Of a DNA stretch of 33,105 nucleotides, positions 11,657-21,316 are shown piece by piece (positions within the stretch are counted from its first letter, which is position 1; each line of letters opens with the position of its first letter). A program made the position numbers and the translations under genes. The notes beneath the pieces were generated by a model that saw only the letters and a list, made by a program, of their open reading frames with translations, was not told where the DNA came from and made no database searches. The stretch is taken from contig NW_021836853.1 in the NCBI RefSeq assembly GCF_006345805.1, positions 1 to 33,105 of the forward strand. The letters are read 5' to 3'. Origin of the DNA: Octopus sinensis (Eukaryota).

Positions 11657-12500
11657 TGTATGTATGTATGTATGTATGTATGTATGTATGTGTGTATGTA
11701 TTTATGTATGTGTGTATGTATTTATGTATGTATGTGTGTGTGTGTGTATGTATGTATGTGTATGTATGTATGTATATATGTATATATGTATGCACACACG
11801 CACGCATGTATGTATGTATGTATGTATGTATGTATGTATGTATGTATGTATGTATCTATGTATGTATGTATGTGTGTATGTATTTATGTATGTATGTATG
11901 TGTGTGTGTATGTATGTATGTATGTATGTATATATGTATGTATGTATGCACACACGCACGCATGTATGTATGTATGTATGTATATGTATCTATGTATGTA
12001 TTTATGTGTGTATGTATTTATGTATGTATGTATGTGTGTGTGTATGTATGTATGTATGTATATATGTATGTATGTATGTATGTATGCACACACGCACGCA
12101 TGTATATATGTATGTATCTATGTATGTATCTATGTATGTATGTATGTATGTATGTATTTATGTATGTATGTATGTGTGTGTGTATGTATGTATGTATGTA
12201 TGTATGTGTGTGTGTATGTATGTATGTATGTATGTATGTATGTATGTATGTATGTATAATGTATGTATGTATGTATGTATGTATGTATGTATGTGTGTGT
12301 GTGTATGTATGTATGTATGTATGTATGTATGTATGTATATATGTATGTATGTATGCACACACGCCCGCATGTATGTATGTATGTATGTATGTACGTATGC
12401 ATGCATGAATGTATGTATTTATGAATGCAAGTATGTATGAATGCACATATGTATGCATTTGTATATGTATATGCATATATATATGTATATGTATATATAT
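11657..12500. repeat. (TATG)n compound microsatellite with recurring cacacacgcacgcatg interruptions
   Basis: Direct reading; interruptions near 11791, 11948, 12086, 12355. Confidence 0.95.
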
Positions 12501-12564
12501 ATCATTATCATTGAAAATCCTATAGTTTCATTTCAAAATAAATTGGCAAAGTAGACCATGTAGC

Positions 12565-12608
12565 CATCACTGATGAGATGCAACAAGATCGAAACATACG
12601 TATGAATG
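12565..12608 (+). ncRNA. Candidate minimal type I hammerhead ribozyme (possibly degenerate, Penelope-like)
   Basis: catca-CTGATGA-gat(gcaacaag)atc-GAAA-c(atac)g-TA-tga(a)tg: complete core, 3-bp stem II, 2-bp stem III, GUA triplet, 5-bp stem I with one bulge. Confidence 0.45.
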
Positions 12609-12754
12609 TATCCAGGTGCATGTACACACACACACACACAAACAAAAACACACAAGCACACACAAGCACACACATATATGAATGTGTGAATATATTCATG
12701 AATGTATGTATACACGTATGTATATATGTATGTATATATACAGTAGTTGTGATA

Positions 12755-13135
12755 CCTGTGTCGGTGGCACATAAAAAGCACCATCCGAACGTGACCGTTG
12801 CCAGCGCCGCCTCGACTGGCTTCTGTGCCGGTGGCACATAAAAAGCACCATCAGAACGTGGCCGATGCCAGCGCCGCCTTGGCTGGCTCCCGTGCCGGTG
12901 GCACGTTAAAAGCACCAACCGATCGTGGCCGATGCCAGACCCCCCTGGCACCTGTGCAGGTAGCACGTAAAAAGCACCCGCTACACTCGCGGAGTGGTTG
13001 GCGTTAGGAAGGGCATCCAACTGTAGAAACACTGCCAGATCAGATTGGAGCCTGGTGCAGCCCTGGCTTCCCAGACCCCGTTCGAACCGTCCAACCCGTG
13101 CTAGCGCGGAAAAAGAACGTTAAACGATGATGATA
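12755..13135 (+). mobile_element. 3' portion of a second SINE/non-autonomous retroelement family with 62-67-bp internal subrepeats and an (ATG)n tail
   Basis: gtgYcggtggcacRtaaaaagcacc subrepeats at 12758, 12825, 12892, 12954; then ggcgttaggaagggcatcc (motif typical of RTE-related elements) and a terminal aaacgatgatgat. Confidence 0.7.
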
Positions 13136-13147
13136 TATATGTATATA

Positions 13148-13562
13148 GGCGCAGGAGTGGCTGTGTGGTAAGTAGCTTGTCTACCAACCACATGGTTCCG
13201 GGTTCAGTCCCACTGCGTGGCATCTTGGGCAAGTGTCTTCTACTATAGCCCCGGGCCAACCAAAGCCTTGTGAGTGGATTTGGTAGACGGAAACTGAAAG
13301 AAGCCCGTCGTATATATGTATGTATATATATATATATGTGTGTGTGTATGTTTGTGTGTCTGTGTTTGTCCCCCTAGCATTTGCTTGACAACCGATGCTG
13401 GTGTGTTTACGTCCCCGTCACCTAGCGGTTCGGCAAAAGAGACCGATAAAATAAGTACTGGGCTTACAAAGAATAAGTCCTGGGGTCGATTTGCTCGACT
13501 AAAGGCGATGCTCCAGCATGGCCGCAGTCAAATGACTGAAACAAGTAAAAGAGTAAAAGAGT
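13148..13562 (+). mobile_element. Full-length tRNA-CORE SINE
   Basis: Head, CORE-like block, internal (TA)/(TG) microsatellite, 3' half and (TAAAAGAG)n tail. Confidence 0.93.
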
Positions 13563-13803
13563 ATACATATATATATATACACCCATGCGCACAGATACAT
13601 GCATACATTTATGTATGCACACATGTGTGTGCGTGTATATACATGTGTGTATATCTATGTTTTTGAAGGGCGCATGTGTGTGTTAGTCCCTCAGCGTCAA
13701 TATATGCATGTCTGTCCGTGTACGTACGTGTATATGTTTGTGTGTACATATGTATGTGTATATATATACATGATTATATATATATTTGCATGTGAATGAA
13801 TAA

Positions 13804-13837
<34 letters not shown>

Positions 13838-14046
13838 AAGTGTGTGTGTGCATATGTATATACCTATTTGTGCGTGTGTCGGTGTAATATATATATATAT
13901 ATATGAGTGTGTGTGTGTCTGAGTGCGCACACTAATGTGTACGTATGTTCCGGTGCGTGCGCGTGTGTGCGCGTCTTTCTGTATCTGTGAGTGACGCAGA
14001 GTCGTGCGTACACACATACACACACACACACGTATATATATATTAC

Positions 14047-14096
<50 letters not shown>

Positions 14097-14337
14097 TATA
14101 TAGAAGGAGCTTCTACAGGACTAGAACTGTTTCATTCAAAAGAAATCATCTACCTTATATACTGTGGTTAACCCCGACTCAACCCGGGACCTATATATAT
14201 ATATATATATATAAGTAATTAAGGGTTTAGCAACGATTTGCCTCACCACACACCGAATTTAGAAATAGCAGTCAAAAGAGTGTTGGCTATTCTTTCTACT
14301 TAAAAGGGAGATCCCAGTAAAACCATAGCACTTAAAA

Positions 14338-14419
14338 GGCAAGGTGCCTCGCAGTGGGACTGAACCCGGAACCATGTGGTTGGTTAGCAAGCTACTTACC
14401 ACACAGCCACTCCTGCGCC
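14338..14419 (-). mobile_element. SINE head fragment
   Basis: Reverse complement of ggcgcaggagtggc...cccactgcgaggcaccttgcc. Confidence 0.85.
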
Positions 14420-14607
14420 TATATTCATTTGTGAGACGCCGTACACTCACACATGTATGTGCATGTATACACAAAAATATATATGTTTATATATGCAATA
14501 GAAATATGCACGCACATGTATGTATACGTATATATATATATATATATATATATGATGGTATTTTAATAATACCATCCCTATATTTATATATATTACAGAG
14601 TTGTGTA

Positions 14608-14716
14608 CATTATTTACATTTTTTACATTTGAGGCATAGTTGTCCTAATTTTGTTTGTTGAGTAAACAACAAAGATTAGGACAAATATCCGTCAAATGTA
14701 GATAATGTAAATAATG
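14608..14716. repeat. ~109-bp imperfect fold-back palindrome
   Basis: Nested arms cattatttacatt/aatgtaaataatg, tacatttga/tcaaatgta, ttgtcctaat/attaggacaa around a central gagt region. Confidence 0.8.
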
Positions 14717-14914
14717 GACTGTTAAAAAGTCTGCAAGACTCAAGGAAAATTTTTTTGAACAAATAAATAATAGCTAAATGAATGGAAATCGAATCGGTGA
14801 GTGTGTTAAATAATAAAGCACGAAAAGAGAATGACCCACCCCAGACACAATAAAATATGGTTCAGCGCACTTATTCACATAAACCAAATGCAACAACAAT
14901 ATATATATATATAA

Positions 14915-15640
14915 GTGCATATTGCTAATCTGGTGATAAAATGCAGACGGCTAGCTGGATGGATTCTCCGAACTTTCAGAACAAGAGAGAAGGAGACACT
15001 GATGGTCCTATGGAAAACATTCGTCCTCAGCCGCTAAGACTACTGCTCCCAACTGTGGTCACCACACAATATAAAACTAACAGCAGAACTCGAAGCAATT
15101 CAGAGAAGCTACACAAAGAAAATCGTCTCAATGCAAAATATCAGCTACTGGGAAAGACTGAAGGTATTAAACCTCTTCTCCCTAGAGCGGAGGCGGGAGA
15201 GATATGCGGTGATATACATCTGGAAAATCCTGGAGGGTCTTGTCCCAAACTTTGGCATTCAAAGTTACTCCAAACGCAGAACGGGGCGCCGCTGCGTGGT
15301 GCCAAGGATTCCAACAACACCATCAAAATACAGGTCTAGATGCTGCAACAGCTTGGGTTTCGGAGGACCACAGCTCTTTAACATCCTCCCTAAATGCCTG
15401 AGAGACTTGCATGGTGTGGATGTGGGTTTCTTTAAAACTAAACTGGATCTCTTCTTGTCGGGAGTCCCAGATGAGCCTACCTCACAACAGGAGACGCGGA
15501 TGCGGGCAGCAGCATCGAACTCCCTTGTTGATCAAGCGCCACGTATCAGAGGTGGATTCACAAATTAGTGTAGCTCATTCAGCGGTGGTGCCCCAGCATG
15601 GCCGCGGCCTTCGGCTTAAAACATTTTTAAGGATTTAAGG

Positions 15641-15645
<5 letters not shown>
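14915..15645 (+). mobile_element. 5'-truncated CR1/L2-group LINE 3' fragment (ORF2 C-terminus, 3' UTR, (TTTAAGGA)n tail)
   Basis: One frame reads VHIANLVIKCRRLAGWILRTF...SR*DYCSQLWSP...LEAIQRSYTK...SYWERLKVLNLFSLERRRER...FKTKLDLFL. In-frame stop at 15035. These motifs are typical of the CR1-group post-RT region. Confidence 0.88.
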
Positions 15646-15677
<32 letters not shown>

Positions 15678-15683
15678 CTAAGA

Positions 15684-15724
<41 letters not shown>

Positions 15725-15727
<3 letters not shown>

Positions 15728-16136
15728 TCTTTTACTCTTACTCTTTTACTGGTTTCAGTCATTTGACTGCGGCCATGCTGGAGCACCGCCTTTGATCGAG
15801 CAAATCGACCCCGGGACTTATTCTTTTGTAAGCCCAGTACTTATTTTATCGGTCTCTTTTGCCGAACCGCTAAGTAACGGGGACATAAACACACCAGCAT
15901 CGGTTGTCAAGCAATGCTAGGGGCACAAATACAGACACACAAACACACACACGCATATATATATACATATATACGACAGGCTTCTTTCAGTTTCCGTCTA
16001 CCAAATCCACTCACAAGGCTTTGGTCGGCCCGAGGCTATAGTAGAAGACACTTGCCCAAGGTGCCACGCAGTGGGACTGAACCCGGAACCATATGGTTGG
16101 TAAACAAGCTACTTACCACACAGCCACTCCTGCGCC
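15725..16136 (-). mobile_element. Full-length tRNA-CORE SINE
   Basis: Complete reverse-complement copy from tail to ggcgcagg head. Confidence 0.93.
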
Positions 16137-16146
16137 TATATATATA

Positions 16147-16652
16147 TCTATATATATAAAACTCTAGTTGTGTGAGTGTCTGTCCCCTTCGATTTAGATT
16201 CCTAACTCCTCCCACATTTTGCGGTGCAGTTTAACCAAATTCGGGTATCTTATAGTCGTGATTCATATCGAGCCCGTCTGACTATTAGCGCGCGTCAACG
16301 ATGAGTCTACGATTTTTAAAATAATTTAACATCATTTTTTATTCCATTTTAATGCATAAAATGCATCGTGTGTCGATGGCGGCGGAGTTGGCGTCCACGC
16401 TCAGAGCCGCACCTGTTTGCTTCTCCCCCTTCCCTCCCTCGTGAAGCTGTGGGGAAGGGAGTGTAAAGAAATCAACGTCGTAATGCGTTGTGAAGGAGAC
16501 CAGCGTTCTTTTAGAACAACGACTTCATGGCTTGAAGACACCAAAACAAAAATGGCTAAGAAAGCCCGAATTTATAAGGGAAGTAACTCTCTAAAAATGC
16601 TTATATAGTTATTTCCCTTACAAACCCGAGCAACGCCGGGCGATACTGCTAG
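16147..16652 (+). mobile_element. Non-autonomous Helitron, copy C, carrying a ~215-bp extra segment (16358-16572)
   Basis: A|TCtatatatataaaa...cccgagcaacgccggg-cgatactg-CTAG|T; homologous to copies A and B either side of the extra segment. Confidence 0.88.
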
Positions 16653-16969
16653 TATATATATATAATTCAAATAATAAAATTGAGAAACAAATTTAGTTTG
16701 TTCATCAACTTTCGGATATTATAATGTTGGATTATTTATTCATTTAACAAAATGAGAACCTCAATAGCATACATATATATCTTATAATTCAATACATATA
16801 ATATATAAGATAAGAATACAAATTATACAAGTGATAATATATATTATTGAAATCATTAAAATCACTTCTTACGGCTGTTTCAGCCTATGGGTACTTTACC
16901 CACAGTATATTAGATAAATGCTATCCCATAGTGGGTTACACTCCTAACACCTATCTTCCTTTGTACTAT

Positions 16970-17040
<71 letters not shown>

Positions 17041-17054
17041 TGTGTGTGCGTGTG

Positions 17055-17124
<70 letters not shown>

Positions 17125-17137
17125 ATATATATATATA

Positions 17138-17305
17138 GGCGCAGGAGTGGCTGTGTGGTAAGTAGCTAGCTTACCAACCACATGGTCCCGGGTTCAGTCC
17201 CACTGCGTGGCACCTTGGGCAAGTGTTTTCTACTATGGACCTCGGGCCGACCAAAGCCTTGTGAGTGAGTGGATTTGGTAGACGGAAACTGAAAGAAGCC
17301 CGTCG

Positions 17306-17365
<60 letters not shown>

Positions 17366-17587
17366 CGTGTATGTTTGCGTGTCTGTGTTTGTCCCCCTAG
17401 CATTGCTTGACAACCGATGCTGGTGTGTTTATGTCCCCGTCACTTAGCGGCTCGGCAAAAGAGACCGATAGAATAATTACTGGGCTTACAAAAAAGAATT
17501 AGTCCCGGGGTCGAGTTGCTCGACTAAAGGCGGTGCCGCAGCATGGCCGCAGTCAAATGACTGAAACAAGTAAAAGAGTAAAAGAGT
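17138..17587 (+). mobile_element. Full-length tRNA-CORE SINE
   Basis: Complete head to (TAAAAGAG)n tail. Confidence 0.93.
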
Positions 17588-17757
17588 ATATATATGAAAT
17601 TCAAAATGGCAGACTTGTTTTTTCGGCGAACAAAATGCTTACAGACCGTTCATGCATCTTTACATTCCTTGTTCGAATGCCAGTGAGATTCACTTTGCCT
17701 TACATCAAGCTGAGATCGAGCAGATGACCACTAGTTGTGCACTGCGGTTGCTGTAAT

Positions 17758-17988
17758 CGACCAGCGTTCTACAATAACATTTCTCGACATTTTTTAATGT
17801 CAAGAAGAAAATTACACAAATTAAATAGGGTTGAAACTGCCCCTAGGGTCGAATTCCTCCCTTGGAAAAGCACTCAAACGAAAGTTGGGTGCCTTACACA
17901 TCTTATTTACAAAAATGTACACAAAATATGGGCTATAAATAGTCAAATTAAACGAATACTTTCGGAGTCGAAGTGACAGCACGTCCGT
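17758..17988 (-). mobile_element. 5' end (UTR and first ORF1 codons) of a third Tx1-like element, close to copy 2
   Basis: Reverse complement aligns closely with 25342-25572, including acggacgtg and MSRNVIVERWS, then diverges. Confidence 0.9.
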
Positions 17989-17993
17989 AGTGG

Positions 17994-18070
<77 letters not shown>

Positions 18071-18079
18071 GTAGGTAGG

Positions 18080-18147
<68 letters not shown>

Positions 18148-18211
18148 GGGATAGGTAGGTAGGTATGTAGGTATGTAGGTAGGTAGGTAGGTAGATAAAT
18201 AGATAGATAGA
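17994..18211. repeat. (GATA)n microsatellite
   Basis: Direct reading; lies upstream of the minus-strand Tx1 5' fragment, separated by 5 nt. Confidence 0.97.
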
Positions 18212-18339
18212 TCTTCCAGTATTTCTGCCCCTGATGCTTATACGGGAAAGGATACTTACGAAAATATCTGTCGCTTTGTCTGTCAGTCTCTCTCTCTCTC
18301 TCTCTTTCTCCCTCTCTCTCTCCCCTCCCCCTCCATCAA

Positions 18340-18654
18340 ACTGCGGCCATGCTCGGACACTGCCTTGAATTTCAGTCGGACGAATCAAACCCAGTGCTCC
18401 CCTCCACCTAAAAGCCTCGTATTTATTCTGTTGGTTCTTTTTGCTGAACCGCCAAGTTACGAAGACTTAAACACACTAATACCAGTTGTGAAAGGGTAAG
18501 GGGAGACAAACATAAACGCAAACGTGCTTTTTTTCAATTTCTTTTTACCAAATCCACTCACAAGGCTTTGGTCGAAGACACTTAGCCAAGGAGCCATGGT
18601 GTGGGACTAAATCCAGAACCATGTGGTTCGGAAGCAAACTAGAACTCTTGCGCC
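18340..18654 (-). mobile_element. Old, diverged tRNA-CORE SINE
   Basis: Degenerate matches to ctgcggccatgct, aaatccactcacaaggctttggtc, gaagacactt and agaaccatgtggtt. Confidence 0.75.
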
Positions 18655-18657
18655 AAT

Positions 18658-18658
18658 A

Positions 18659-18708
<50 letters not shown>

Positions 18709-18717
18709 CCTACCTAC

Positions 18718-18756
<39 letters not shown>

Positions 18757-18768
18757 CTATCTACCTAC

Positions 18769-18819
<51 letters not shown>

Positions 18820-18821
18820 CC

Positions 18822-18862
<41 letters not shown>

Positions 18863-18890
18863 CCTATCTATCTATCTATCTATCTATCTC
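18658..18890. repeat. (TATC)n microsatellite
   Basis: Direct reading; ends a few nt before the 5' end of Tx1 copy 1. Confidence 0.97.
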
Positions 18891-19110
18891 TATTGACGGA
18901 TGTGATGTCGTTTCAGCTCCGAAGGTAATCATTTATTTTGACTATTTAAAAGTGTATATTGACAAACATTTTGTGCTTAAAAGTTGTGCAACAACATCCA
19001 CTGTAAACCTTTGATAAATATCGACACAAAATTTTGCCCCTTGTGGGCAAAATTTAAAAGAAAAAATTCTCATAGCCTTCGTGGTTTCATTTAGCCATTT
19101 TATTTCCAAA

Positions 19111-19454
19111 ATGGCCACTGGCCACCACGAGGCTGAGGTGCAAGTCAAGCGTGACGCAGAAACAGAAAAACAGGATGCTCTGTTAGCATACGCTGAACCT
19201 GACAACTCCACCACCATCAACAGCAACAAATACAAAACAAAGGTCGCAAGGCCAAGCACCGTCAACACCATCAGTGAGTCCACCGCCACCACCAACACCA
19301 TGGCAGAATCTGCTACTAAAACTGCTATCCCTACTAAAGATATCGCCACCAATAACAACACCAACATCACCATCACCGCCACCAAAGACCGTGCCATCAA
19401 TGCTACTAATACTACCAACACCACCGCCGTCACCAAGAACGACAATAACAACAC

Positions 19455-19486
<32 letters not shown>

Positions 19487-21274
19487 TTCCCTTCAACCAC
19501 TGCTCACTCCATCACCAACAAGTGAAAAAATAACGACGACAAGCAAACGAAATGTCGAATTTTGCCCTAGTGCAGGACTAAAGTACGCAGGCAATTTTCC
19601 ACCCCTTCCTACTTGCACGATCGAACCAAACACACCAATTTTACAAACTGCAGCCAACAACAACATCACCACAAGCAACAACAATAACAAAACAACAACA
19701 AATTTCGCTGAGGCGATTAAAGAAAAAAAACAACAATATACTTTACGGCTCAACAAATACAGGACACGAACATCAAAATAACAGAATCAGAAGGTATAGT
19801 AAAAATAAACATACCAGAAGATATTTTGGAAAATGAAAAAAGACGAACAATCATTTATAAAATAGTTAACAAAAAAACAAAAATCCCAGAGAAGGCCAAC
19901 ACAAGCAAAATAGAGAAGTGCTTGAAACCCATCTGGGATCACAAAGAATATGTAACCTGGTGGAACAAATTTGCCCACATACAAGTCGTTTTCTACACCG
20001 AAGAGTTAGCTAGACATTTCTCAACGCTAACTCTTCACTCAGATGAACTCCAACTTACACCAAGCTATCGGGGACAGAAAGTGACTAAGATCACTCTAAA
20101 CAATGTCCCCAAAATAGCCAATAGTCTATGGCTTGTAAAGGCCTTATGCGTAAAAATGGCGAATTATACTATTTTGGAAACCACAGTCACAGAGCATAAA
20201 AACTGGGTGGGAAAAAAAATAGAATTTCTTCTACATATACATCATGAAGATATAAAAAAAATACCCACCCAGATATGTGTATCAGACGACCACAAGTTAT
20301 ATGTGGTCGTCGATGGCAGAAGAACACGTTGCTACATATGCGGCAGTGAGCAACACCTCAAAAAAGACTGCAAATCTGCCGCAAGAAAACAACAGCAACA
20401 ACAACAGCAGCCGGAAACAAAAACAAATAAACAAGGTTTACTACCCCACACCCTTTTTGCAGGAACAAACCTCACCAAACAAACAACCACACACCAACTG
20501 CAGCACCAAGAACAGAAGCAGCACATCACCAACAACAACAACCAAGATATACCAACTCCCAAACCAAGGACATCTGCCAAAAGACACCCAGCAAAAATGA
20601 AGAAACAATTACAACTCCAAATCCCCACAAAATTGAGACCCTAAACAACACAACAATACCCACAATCACTCAAACACAAAATACCCAAACCCCACATCCA
20701 AAACCGCATACACCACAACCAAACGCTCACCAACCAACACCAACAACAAAACCAACACAGTCGACAATAGACCCCAATACTTTCCCTCTTCCAGACTCCG
20801 ATTCGTCTGATCTGTCATTAGACGAAGAAGACACGGAAGATTGGCAAATAGCCACAGGGGGGAGAAGAAAAAGGGGAAAAAAAAGAAAAGAAAAATAACA
20901 AACAAAGCGGGAAGATACACCACTCCCGAAAAAAAACATCCACAGAAAACACACACATCAACACAAACACACCATCATCAAACCCCCCAAAAATGTTGAC
21001 AGCCATAAACACAAACAACCACGACCTAATGGAACACATTAGGTCAAACACTAACATTACTGAAAACGACATAAAAACAAGTAACCACCCACACACAACA
21101 CCACCACAACACATTAAAATAATACACGTGACACAGAACACATACAGCACCCTGAAATCTCTTTACCCTGATGCAGTAGGGAGATTTCAAAAGTACTCAT
21201 CGAAAAAACTGTATAAAAGCCTCATAGAAGAAGACCGTGAGGTGAAAGACAAAGAACTTTCGAAAAACAAGTAA
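19111..21274 (+). pseudogene. ORF1 of copy 1, frameshifted: Thr/Asn-rich N-terminus, RRM-like region, CCHC knuckle, linker, C-terminal domain
   Basis: Fragments 19081-19533, 19826-20644, 20993-21274; RCYICGSEQHLKKDC = CX2CX4HX4C. RRM-like is inference from Tx1 ORF1 architecture. Confidence 0.8.
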
Positions 21275-21316
21275 CCTCATCTCTCTCCTTTTCCTTTTTT
21301 GCACTTTTATCGGAAC

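Larger units (their letters stand above)
10027..11660 (+). mobile_element. 5'-truncated Tc1/mariner-superfamily DNA transposon relic (maT/DD37D-like), split by Helitrons at 10460-11548
   Basis: Transposase C-terminus upstream, and the right end ...cctcaccctg|ta (reverse complement TA-CAGGGTG, a Tc1/mariner-type terminus) at 11651-11660. Removing the Helitrons rejoins an AT-rich 3' UTR (actcgttaa|tatttcaaaat). Confidence 0.8.

Noticed and set aside
11553-12476. MYVC/HTYI repeat ORFs
   Set aside because: Translations of (TATG)n.
13148-13220. tRNA-like sequence with A and B boxes
   Set aside because: It is the SINE head; it continues into CORE and tail and I could not build a full cloverleaf.
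14101-14160. Minus-strand GATGA...GAAAC...GTC resembling a hammerhead
   Set aside because: Core reads TAGATGA rather than CTGATGA, and stems I and II do not pair. At most a decayed remnant.
16860-16900. Minus-strand GAAACAGCCGTA resembling the 3' half of a hammerhead
   Set aside because: No CUGANGA upstream at a suitable distance.
18897-18910. Short resemblance of the Tx1 5' end (cggaYgtg[ct]) to U1 snRNA
   Set aside because: Only about 10 nt, with no further alignment; likely chance.
18942-21150. Val/Leu/Cys-rich minus-strand ORFs over ORF1
   Set aside because: Antisense shadows of the ACA/AAC-rich low-complexity ORF1.
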